Source: Nitrospinota bacterium
GTDB lineage: Bacteria; JADFOP01
Assembly (NCBI GenBank): GCA_022562795.1
Contig: JADFOP010000013.1
Coordinates: 1 to 47,637 of the forward strand
Direction of reading: 5' to 3'
Length of the DNA: 47,637 nt
In this document: positions 1 to 7,774 of the stretch, piece by piece
Layout: each line of letters opens with the position of its first letter
Numbering within the stretch: the first letter of the stretch is position 1
The notes under the pieces: model-generated
Told to the model about the DNA's origin: nothing
Databases searched by the model: none
The model's input: the letters and a program-made list of their open reading frames with translations, nothing else
Translations under genes and position numbers: made by a program

Positions 1-2
1 CG

Positions 3-962
3 GCTCAAGGCCGTTCCTTCCGCCCCGATCAGGCGGCGAAACTCAATCGGCTCGTTGCCGGCGGCCGTTTGAAGTTTGACGCGGCCGCGCAGCCGCAGAG
101 TCGTCGGCAGCTTGTCGGCATCGACGAGAAAGTTCGACCGCAACGACAACCGGCGGCCTCCCTCGCCGAGCGGCTGGCCTGGCTAAAGGACGCGGGGCTA
201 CCTGGCGAGGCGGTATCGGCCGACGAGCTCCGGAAGCTCGAGCCTGCTCTATCCCCCCATATTCTCGGCGGCCTGCTCCTACCCGAGGACTGGCACGTAA
301 ACAACCGAAAGATGACCCAGGCTTACGCCCAGGCGGCCGAGGGGTGCGGAGCAATAATCCATCCCGATCGGCCGGCGACCGAATTGCTCGTCGACGGCGG
401 GCGGGTCATCGGGGTCGCGACACCTTCGGGCCCCGTCCACGCCGGGGTGACGATCAACTGCGCGGGCCCCTGGGCGAGCGAACTCGCGGCGACGGCGGGG
501 CTCACCCTCCCGATGGAGCCCGTCAAGGGCCAGCTATTGGGCCTGGAGGTCTCGCCTCCACCTGTCCGGCACGTCATCTACTCCAGCCAGGCCTACGTGG
601 TGCCCCGCCTCGGAGGAGAGGTGATACTTGGGACCACCGAGGAGTGGGTCGGCTTCAACATCGAGCCCACACCCGCCGGCATGGCCGCAATCTTGAGCGG
701 CGCCGTCGGGGTCTGCCCGGCTTTGGGCGAGGCCCCCTTCCGGCGGGCCTGGGCGGGGCTTCGGCCGTGTCCGCCCGACCTGCTGCCCTACCTGGGATGG
801 GACCCTAGAGTGGAAGGCCTCGCCGTGGCGACGGGCCACCATCGTAACGGCATCCTGCTGGCCCCGATAACCGCCCGGGCGTTGAAGGAGCTCCTCTTCG
901 ATGAGACCCCGTCGGTGGATCTGGCGCCTTTCCAGGTCGACCGGCATCCCTCGGCCGCCTAA
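3..962 (+). CDS. thiO: Glycine oxidase ThiO / DAO-family FAD oxidoreductase, 5'-truncated (recognisable from about nt 160)
   Basis: Motifs PVKGQ, YVVPR, WAGLRP and ATGHHRNGILLAP. The N-terminal GxGxxG FAD motif is absent and the frame is open to the window edge. Confidence 0.8.
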   Translation, partial: AQGRSFRPDQAAKLNRLVAGGRLKFDAAAQPQSRRQLVGIDEKVRPQRQPAASLAERLAWLKDAGLPGEAVSADELRKLEPALSPHILGGLLLPEDWHVNNRKMTQAYAQAAEGCGAIIHPDRPATELLVDGGRVIGVATPSGPVHAGVTINCAGPWASELAATAGLTLPMEPVKGQLLGLEVSPPPVRHVIYSSQAYVVPRLGGEVILGTTEEWVGFNIEPTPAGMAAILSGAVGVCPALGEAPFRRAWAGLRPCPPDLLPYLGWDPRVEGLAVATGHHRNGILLAPITARALKELLFDETPSVDLAPFQVDRHPSAA

Positions 963-1202
963 CACCCTTCAGTCGCGGGAATATTTCACCTTCGAGGGGT
1001 CAAATAGTTAGGGAAAAAAGTATTGTAGGTTCGGAAAAATAATCTTACAAAGCTAAATTACTACTTTTTCCACGTTTTTTCTCTTCCGAAGGGAACATAA
1101 AATTTCTTCAATAAATTTTTGCAAAAAACGTGTCGAATGTGATATTAAATAGGCAATGGCAATTTTTCCCGAATTTTTTTGGCGAATATAGGAGGAAAAA
1201 CA

Positions 1203-1499
1203 ATGGCGAAGTTTGAAACCGTTCCTGTCGAAAAGCTCAAAGCCGTAGCGGGTCTTTCTCCCGCAAAATTGAAAGCCCTGGAGCAGTATAAAAAACACCT
1301 CAAAAAGTTGGATTCAAAGACGGGCGGCGTTTTAACCTTGGGGCGGGGCGAAGATATCAAGACGGTGCGCTCGGACCTCCGGCGCGCCGCGAAAGCCGAG
1401 GGGTATAACCTGACAATTAAAGCCTCCGGCAACAAGGTCGCATTTTATCTCAAAGAAGAAAAACGCAGGCGAAGAGGCCGGCCTCGGAAGAAGAAGTAG
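1203..1499 (+). CDS. Small basic protein (98 aa) with C-terminal AT-hook; putative nucleoid-associated DNA-binding protein
   Basis: AGGAGG RBS before ATG 1203; Lys/Arg-rich; ends RRRRGRPRKKK. Confidence 0.75.
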   Translation: MAKFETVPVEKLKAVAGLSPAKLKALEQYKKHLKKLDSKTGGVLTLGRGEDIKTVRSDLRRAAKAEGYNLTIKASGNKVAFYLKEEKRRRRGRPRKKK

Positions 1500-1543
1500 A
1501 GCCAATACTCGATATTCCCCGTAGCAATTAAACTATTCACACA

Positions 1544-1597
1544 TTGGGTAGTCCCGCCTTCCGCCTTAGGCGGACCTAAGGCGGATGAGCTACCCAA
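1544..1597. repeat. REP-like palindromic element (TCCGCCTTAGG-CGGA-CCTAAGGCGGA) inside a TTGGGTAG/CTACCCAA inverted repeat
   Basis: Perfect 11-bp inverted repeat at 1560-1585; related copies at 18037-18060 and 29324-29338. Confidence 0.6.
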
Positions 1598-1702
1598 ATT
1601 TAGGGTAGTCGGGGTCGCCCCGGACCCAGACACCTTACCGAAACGGCCAAACGGGGATGAGGCCGTCGAGCTCGCCCTAGAGGTGGAGGGGGCGGCGGTG
1701 GG

Positions 1703-1775
1703 TTAGGGAGAAAGCGATGCCTCGACGACGGCAATCTCCTCGGGTGGCAGGTCGTATTTACAACAGACGTATATA
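1703..1775 (-). pseudogene. Short remnant resembling the C-terminus of a type IIG/Eco57I-TaqI-like restriction-modification protein
   Basis: The minus frame reads IYVCCKYDLPPEEIAVVEASLSP*, similar to the VYxLYxLTxEEIxxVE tail; no start codon. Confidence 0.4.
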
Positions 1776-1804
1776 TTCCAGTTAGTGGGGTTCGAGATTA
1801 CCCC

Positions 1805-2260
1805 TCAACCCCCTCCTTCACGATAGAGTTTAAACCCCCATTCCTCGGCGAGGCGGTCGGGCTCGTCGGGGCCGCTTGAGGCCCCGAATTCCTGGTGGCC
1901 CAGGTAGTAGCGGGCGACCTCACGGGCGACGACCCATAACCTGTGGTCTTCTTCGTACGTCGCAACTTTAGGGTTGAAGAGGAGCTGGGCCTTGCCGCGC
2001 TTGACGAGCAGGGGTCGCCAACGGGTCGTTGATGCCTCTTGCCCCAGCCCATCGTCCACGTCGAAGACGCAGTGGGTCTCGAAGCCTTCCTCGCCGGTCC
2101 GCTCGTCAACAAATGGCCGGACGGCCAGCAGGGCGGCCCGTATCTTTTCAGGGAGACGCGTAAGCACGGCCTCGATCGAGGCCGTGAGGGCGGGCTCGTC
2201 CGTTCTCACCCCACCGCATTCCAAAAACCGCCTGACGTCGTCGTGCACCGCGCTTCTCAA
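1805..2260 (-). CDS. Hypothetical protein, degenerate zincin-like (HExxH replaced by RExxR)
   Basis: 151-aa ORF with coding-like codon use; VVAREVARYYLGH...PDRLAEEWGF. Confidence 0.6.
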   Translation of the reverse strand: MRSAVHDDVRRFLECGGVRTDEPALTASIEAVLTRLPEKIRAALLAVRPFVDERTGEEGFETHCVFDVDDGLGQEASTTRWRPLLVKRGKAQLLFNPKVATYEEDHRLWVVAREVARYYLGHQEFGASSGPDEPDRLAEEWGFKLYREGGG

Positions 2261-2289
2261 TCGGCAGGGGCGGACAATGGGTATGACCC

Positions 2290-2550
2290 CTAGCCCGTCC
2301 CCAGCATCTCATCTAGCTTGCCTGCGTCGTTCAGGGCCTTGAGGTCGTCATATCCGCCAACGTGGTGGCCGTCGATAAAGATCTGCGGCACAGTCTGGCG
2401 ACCCGTCTCCTCAACCATCGCCTGGCGGCGGTCGGGCTCGGCCACTATGTCGATCTTCTCATCTATGTCGAAGCCCTTCTTGGCGAGCAACTGCTCGGCC
2501 CGCATGCAGTAGGGTCAATGGTCTTTATGGTACATAACGATATGGGGCAT
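2290..2550 (-). CDS. grxC: Glutaredoxin 3 (GrxC-type), probable selenoprotein with UPYC active site (UGA at 2517-2515)
   Basis: AAGGAG RBS and ATG at 2550; reads MPHIVMYHKDH-TGA-PYCMRA...TVPQIFIDG..GGYDDL. Confidence 0.9.
2482..2501 (-). promoter_or_regulatory. Putative bacterial SECIS hairpin
   Basis: GG(C)CGAGC-AGUU-GCUCGCC stem-loop; the G-containing apical loop begins about 22 nt after the UGA. Confidence 0.65.
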
Positions 2551-2646
2551 GGCTGCGCGCTCCTTTGCTTCGAGTGTGTAGGCTTCCCGGTATTATTGAG
2601 TCTAGGTCGGGCGGGCGAGGAAGGCAAGGCCGAGCCGCCTGGGGCC

Positions 2647-4032
2647 TCAGCGACGGCGCTTGGGGGTCGCCTCCTTGAGGGCCTCGCCCGTCTCCTGGTG
2701 GAAGCGGTAGCCTAGCTCCTCGGCCCGCTTGAAGTGGGCGCGGGCTTTGTCGAGCTGCTTGGTGAAGTGGTAGATGATGGCGAGGTTTGTGTGCGCCTCC
2801 CGGTGGTCGGGGTTGATGGCCACCGCCTCTTCCAGCTCGCCGATGGCATCATCGAGACGGCCCAAGCTGGCGTAGATGGCCCCCAGGTTGGTTCGGGCCT
2901 TGACTAAGCCCGGGTCGAGGCGGGTGGCGGTCCGATACTCGCGGGCGGCGTCTTCGAGGCGCTGCTGCTCGAGGTAGGTGCGGCCGAGGTTCGCGTGGGC
3001 CTTTGCGTAGCCGGGATTCAAGGCGATGGCCTTCCGGATGGCCCGGATTGCAGAGGCATACCGGCCCAGATTGAAGTAGACCTCCCCCAGTTTGTCCCAG
3101 GCCCGGGCATGGTCCTCAGTGAGGGTCGGCTTGATCTCAATCGCCCGCTTGAGGCTGGAGAGGGCTTCTTTCATCTTGCCTTGGTCAGCGGCCACCGCCC
3201 CCAGGTTGAGGTGGGCCTCGGCCATGGATGGCTTAAGGGCCAAGACCTTCCGGTAGAGCTGCTTGGCCTGCTTGAGGTCGGCACCCTGGCCGTACCGCAC
3301 CCCTTGGGGGTTGTACTCGTAGGAGAGAGCCAGGTTGTAGTAGGCATCCACGTAGTTGGGATTGATCTTGATGGCGCGTCGGTAGGCTTGACGGGCCTCC
3401 GCGAGCTTCCCGAGGCTTCGGTATGCGAGCCCCATGTTGTTGTAAGCGCCATGGAGGGAGTCGTCGAGCTCCAGGGCCCGGCGGTTGGCGGCGAGAGCCT
3501 CGGCCCACTGCTCTTTCTTGAGGTAGACCCGGCCCAAGAAGAAGTGGGCTTCTGGGCCGTCGGGGTCGATAGCCGCGGCCTTCTCGTAGTGTTTCAGGGC
3601 TTGTTCAAGGGCTCCCTGCTCCTCGTAGAGCCCTGCTAGGTTGGCGTGGGCGGTGGCGAAGGAGGGGTTGGTACGAATGGCTTCATTGAAGGCTGCGATG
3701 GCTTTGTCGGGGTCTCCCGCGCGGGCGTAGGCTACTCCGAGGTTGACCTGGGCCTCGACCATGGAGGGATTGAGAGCGATGGCCCGCTTGAACTGGCCGA
3801 TCGCCTTGCCGGGCCTCCCCGTGGCGGCGTAGGCGGCCCCCAGGTTGACCCGGAGGGTCGCGTCGGTAGGATTCTCCTTGACCGCCTGCTCCCATTTGGC
3901 GACGGTGGCCCTAAGTTTGTCCTCAGGAGGCTGGGTAGACTGGGCGGCGGCCGGCGCGGCGAGAACGATGAGCGCAGCCAGGGTGAAGAGCAAGCGGCAG
4001 AGGCTGCCTATGAGACCTCGACGAGATAGCAT
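2647..4032 (-). CDS. Exported tetratricopeptide-repeat (TPR) protein
   Basis: N-terminal signal peptide (..APAAA-Q); more than 10 TPR units of the NLG..Y...G....A......A...NP type. Confidence 0.9.
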   Translation of the reverse strand: MLSRRGLIGSLCRLLFTLAALIVLAAPAAAQSTQPPEDKLRATVAKWEQAVKENPTDATLRVNLGAAYAATGRPGKAIGQFKRAIALNPSMVEAQVNLGVAYARAGDPDKAIAAFNEAIRTNPSFATAHANLAGLYEEQGALEQALKHYEKAAAIDPDGPEAHFFLGRVYLKKEQWAEALAANRRALELDDSLHGAYNNMGLAYRSLGKLAEARQAYRRAIKINPNYVDAYYNLALSYEYNPQGVRYGQGADLKQAKQLYRKVLALKPSMAEAHLNLGAVAADQGKMKEALSSLKRAIEIKPTLTEDHARAWDKLGEVYFNLGRYASAIRAIRKAIALNPGYAKAHANLGRTYLEQQRLEDAAREYRTATRLDPGLVKARTNLGAIYASLGRLDDAIGELEEAVAINPDHREAHTNLAIIYHFTKQLDKARAHFKRAEELGYRFHQETGEALKEATPKRRR

Positions 4033-4041
4033 AACACGTTC

Positions 4042-4070
4042 ATTTTAATGGGGTCGCCGAGAGTTGTCAA
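4042..4070 (-). promoter_or_regulatory. sigma70 promoter of the TPR gene
   Basis: TTGACA-17-TAAAAT on the minus strand, ending 10 nt before ATG 4032. Confidence 0.65.
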
Positions 4071-4117
4071 CGAATGGGACGGCACGATTAGGTCCTCTTA
4101 CTTTAGAATGCGCGCCC

Positions 4118-5026
4118 CTAGATAACTTCGGGCAGGATCATGGCGATCTGGGTGCCGGGGAAGGCGGGCAGCCCCTCGGCTTTGGCCCGCCCCCGGGCCC
4201 ACGGGGGGATTAGGCTCAGGCGGGCGGTGCCGCTTCTTAAGACGAGCTTGCCCTTCCAGCGGGTCACGAATCTGCGAACGGCGGCCAGGCCGTGGCCTCG
4301 GCCGACATCGTCGTAGCGGCTCGCCCCGTGGAAGAGGGCCCGCTCCAGGGCGAGGAGGTCGCCCCACGCCGAGCCGAACTGGGCCACCAGCCGCTCCTCC
4401 AGAGAGCGACGTATACCCACCCCCAGGTCCATAACAGCGATCTTGACGGCGTTCCGCCCCAGGCGGCGGGCGAAGAAGTATTTCTGAATACCCACCAAAC
4501 CGGCGTCTTCGCTGTGCTCGACGATGTTCTGGCAGAGCTCGGCCAGCGACACGCAGAAGCCGTCGATGGCCTCCTTGGGGTAGCGGAGGTGGCGCTCCAG
4601 GATGGTCCGGGCCCGCTCGCGCACCGTCTCCACCACTTGGTGGACGTCGTCGGAGCGGACGATGGGGGTAATTTCCAGAAGGATGTCCGACGCGGATGAG
4701 CGGGTAGGTTGAGAAGGAAAGAGGGATTCTTGGCGCTGGAGGTGGAAATAGGCCTGAGCATGGCGGAAGAACTCCATCCGCTCCAGGTAGCTTTCCATGT
4801 CTTGGGAGGCAGGCACCTTGAGAGTGCAGCGAACCCCTTGGCGGGCGAGCAGGCGGCCGACTTCGAGCAGGCCCACCATGCCGAAGGGGTCGACGAACTG
4901 GACCGCCGTGCAATCGATTATCGCCTCTTCACCCGGCCGGGCCGGCCGCTCCGCCAGGTCTCCGAGGAACTCCTCGAAGGATTCCTCGTCCAGAACGGCA
5001 GCCGGCCTGAGCGTGAGGTAGGCCAT
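4118..5026 (-). CDS. STAS-like plus HATPase_c (anti-sigma/kinase-like) ATP-binding protein
   Basis: ATG overlaps the MFS stop (TGATG). N-terminal IDC..VQFVDPFG STAS-like region; ELCQNIVEHS (N box), DLGVGI (G1), GRGHGL (G2). Confidence 0.75.
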   Translation of the reverse strand: MAYLTLRPAAVLDEESFEEFLGDLAERPARPGEEAIIDCTAVQFVDPFGMVGLLEVGRLLARQGVRCTLKVPASQDMESYLERMEFFRHAQAYFHLQRQESLFPSQPTRSSASDILLEITPIVRSDDVHQVVETVRERARTILERHLRYPKEAIDGFCVSLAELCQNIVEHSEDAGLVGIQKYFFARRLGRNAVKIAVMDLGVGIRRSLEERLVAQFGSAWGDLLALERALFHGASRYDDVGRGHGLAAVRRFVTRWKGKLVLRSGTARLSLIPPWARGRAKAEGLPAFPGTQIAMILPEVI

Positions 5027-6315
5027 CAGGAAGCCGTCCGGAGGGTCGCCCGGGGCCAGCGGACGGCCAGCAGCAGCGTCCCGGCGGCCACGACCAAGCA
5101 CGCGGAGGCGATGAGGAAGCCAGGCGCGTAGGAGCCTGAAACATCGAAGAGGTAGCCGGCCAAAAGTGGTCCCAAGGCGCCCCCCACGCCGTTTCCGAAG
5201 TGGACGAAACCGTAGATTGTGCCGAAGCGCTTGCCTCGGAAGTGGTCCGCCGTGGCCGCCGAGACGAGGGGGCCACGCGTCCCCAGGGCAAAGCCGAAGG
5301 CGGCGGCAAAGAGGTAGACTCGCCAGACATCCGACGGGTCGCGCACCGTCAGCAGCACCAGGATGCCCGCAGCCGAAAGTCCAAAAGATAGCAGAATGGC
5401 GCCCGGGCGGCTGAGCCGGTCGGCCAGGTAGCCGATGGTCATCTTACCCACAGCGCTCATCAGGCCCTGGAAGCCGAAAATGGTGGCGGCAAATAGGGCC
5501 GAAAACCCCGCATCGACGAGATAGACCACGTGGTGGACGACGATGGGGAAAATCCCCAGGGGTGTGAAGAAGAAGCAGCCGACCAGGGCCCAGAATGGGA
5601 CGGTTGTGGCGGCCCGCGCCAGCGTCCATTCTTCCTCCGCATCGTCGGTGTCCGAGTCCTCCCTCTCGGCTCCCAGGGGCTCTCCGTCGGGGCCTCGGCC
5701 TACTTCTTCAGGCGTTTCCTTCAGCACCCAGAGCACAAGGGGCGCCACAACGGCGCCCACGAAACACGCCAGGGCCACGAAGGCCCACCGCCATCCGAAT
5801 CGGTCGATGATGACCTGCACGAGGGGTCCAAAGGCCAGCATCGAGATCCCAACGCCCGCCGAAGCGATGCCTATGGCCGAGCTGAACCGGCGTACGAACC
5901 AGCGGGAGAGAAGGCCCACATGGGGGACGAGGCCTAAAAACCCGATCCCCACTGAGAGGACCACCCCGTATAGGAGGTAGAGCTGCCATAGGGCGCTTAC
6001 GCGGCTGCAAAGCAGCAGGCTCGTCCCCATCAAGACCGTCCCCACGAGCATCACCCGCCGGGCGCCGTGCTTATCGAGCAGGATGCCCACAACCGGTGAA
6101 GCGCACCCAAAGATGAGGGTGCCGAGCGAGAATACCCCTGCCAGGAGGGTCCGGCTCCAGCCAAACTCCTTGAGGAGCGCCACGAAGAATATCGCGAAGG
6201 AGAGCCGAACGCCGTAGACAACCGTGAAGATGGCGAAGGAGGCGGCCACGATGACCGTCCCGTACCACCACCACGTGGAGGCGGGGGTCCGGTGGGTGTC
6301 AGCGGCCGGCGTCAT
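5026..6315 (-). CDS. MFS transporter (OFA/MCT-like)
   Basis: About 12 hydrophobic segments; motif A GILLDKHGARR and GYLADRLSR. Confidence 0.9.
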   Translation of the reverse strand: MTPAADTHRTPASTWWWYGTVIVAASFAIFTVVYGVRLSFAIFFVALLKEFGWSRTLLAGVFSLGTLIFGCASPVVGILLDKHGARRVMLVGTVLMGTSLLLCSRVSALWQLYLLYGVVLSVGIGFLGLVPHVGLLSRWFVRRFSSAIGIASAGVGISMLAFGPLVQVIIDRFGWRWAFVALACFVGAVVAPLVLWVLKETPEEVGRGPDGEPLGAEREDSDTDDAEEEWTLARAATTVPFWALVGCFFFTPLGIFPIVVHHVVYLVDAGFSALFAATIFGFQGLMSAVGKMTIGYLADRLSRPGAILLSFGLSAAGILVLLTVRDPSDVWRVYLFAAAFGFALGTRGPLVSAATADHFRGKRFGTIYGFVHFGNGVGGALGPLLAGYLFDVSGSYAPGFLIASACLVVAAGTLLLAVRWPRATLRTAS

Positions 6316-7258
6316 GAGAGCTACTCAGGCGACGGAGGGCCTCTTCGAAGTCCTCCGGCGGGGGCGCCTCAAAGGCCATCCGGCGCCCGTCGACGGGATG
6401 GTTGAAGGCAAGGCGCCAGGCGTGGAGCGCCTGACGCCCGATGAAGGGCTCCCCGCCGGCTTGCCGTCCTCGCCGACCCCCGTAAATCAGGTCACCGAGG
6501 ACGGGGTGGCCTTCGGATGCCAGATGGACGCGAATCTGATGGGTCCGGCCCGTCCGCAGGGCGACCTCCAGGTGGGTGTGAGCGTCGAAACGCTCGATGA
6601 CACGTAAGGTGGTGAGTGCCTCCCGGCCCCCTTCGACGACGGCCATCCGCTTGCGATCCGTCGGGTGGCGGCCGATGGGCTTATCGATCTCACCCTCGTT
6701 AGCCTCGACCAACCCGAGGACAATCGCCCGGTAGCGCTTCTCCACTTTTCTTCCAGCGAACTGCTCGGTTAGGCTCACGTGGGCGCGGTCGGTTTTCGCG
6801 GCGATAAGCAGGCCCGAGGTCTCCTTGTCAAGGCGGTGGACGATGCCCGGCCGCTCGACCCCGCCGATTCCCGAAAGACCCCCGGCGCAGTGGTGGAGGA
6901 GGGCATTGACGACGGTTCCGGAGCGCACCCTCCCTGCGGGATGGACCACCATCGAGGCAGGCTTGTTGAGGACGAGGAGGTCTCCGTCCTCGTAGAAGAC
7001 CTCGAGGGCGATGGCCTCTGGCTCCACGGAGGGAGGCTTTAGCGCGGGCATGGATATAGAGACGGTTTCGCCGGTTCGCATCGGTCGGCTCGGCTTGACG
7101 GTCTGGCCGCCGACGGTAACCGCCCCGTCTTGGATGAGCCTCTTGAGGCGGGCCCGTGAGAGCCCTACGGCGGGGTGGCTCGCCAGATAAGCGTCTAGGC
7201 GCTGGCCCTCGGCCTCGGCTCCGGCTTCCAACACGACCGACCTGCCCTCGTCACCCAC
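6299..7258 (-). CDS. rluD: RluA-family 23S rRNA pseudouridine synthase RluD
   Basis: S4 domain (RLDAYL), NKPASMVVHP, HRLDKETSG, TGRTHQIRVH, QALHA. Confidence 0.93.
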   Translation of the reverse strand: MGDEGRSVVLEAGAEAEGQRLDAYLASHPAVGLSRARLKRLIQDGAVTVGGQTVKPSRPMRTGETVSISMPALKPPSVEPEAIALEVFYEDGDLLVLNKPASMVVHPAGRVRSGTVVNALLHHCAGGLSGIGGVERPGIVHRLDKETSGLLIAAKTDRAHVSLTEQFAGRKVEKRYRAIVLGLVEANEGEIDKPIGRHPTDRKRMAVVEGGREALTTLRVIERFDAHTHLEVALRTGRTHQIRVHLASEGHPVLGDLIYGGRRGRQAGGEPFIGRQALHAWRLAFNHPVDGRRMAFEAPPPEDFEEALRRLSSSHDAGR

Positions 7259-7263
7259 CGACG

Positions 7264-7758
7264 CTATCCTCCTTCGACCCGCTCCCTCCGAACGAAGCTC
7301 TCAAGCAGAATGAGGGCGACACCGATAGTGATGGCACTGTCGGCCACGTTGAAGGCGGGCCAGTGGTAGGGGCCCCGGTAGAGGTCGATGAAGTCGATGA
7401 CCTCACCGAGGCGGAGCCTGTCGATGAGGTTGCCGACGGCCCCGCCCAGGACTAAGGCGACTCCCCAGCGGGTCCAGGCGTGGCCGGGAGGCGCGGTCAT
7501 GTAGAGGTAGCCGAGGGCCACGACGGCCAGGGCTGTGGCCCCAATGAAGATGGGTTGAGTATAGGCCGGATCGAGCCCGCTCAATAGGCCGAAGGCGGCC
7601 CCCGTGTTTCGGATGTAGGTGAGGTTCGCCAGGCCGGGTACGATGACGATGACCTCGAACAGGTCGAGACGAGACGCCACGGCGGCCTTAACGAGCTGAT
7701 CGAGCCCCGCGATCAGGGCGGCGATGAGCAGCGGGCGGATTAGGGGGGCGCGGGGCAT
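7264..7758 (-). CDS. lspA: Lipoprotein signal peptidase II
   Basis: DQLVK, NTGAAFG, GNLIDR, VIDF, FNVADS; directly follows ileS; likely start ATG 7758. Confidence 0.95.
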   Translation of the reverse strand: MPRAPLIRPLLIAALIAGLDQLVKAAVASRLDLFEVIVIVPGLANLTYIRNTGAAFGLLSGLDPAYTQPIFIGATALAVVALGYLYMTAPPGHAWTRWGVALVLGGAVGNLIDRLRLGEVIDFIDLYRGPYHWPAFNVADSAITIGVALILLESFVRRERVEGG

Positions 7759-7774
7759 CGCCACAGACAACACA

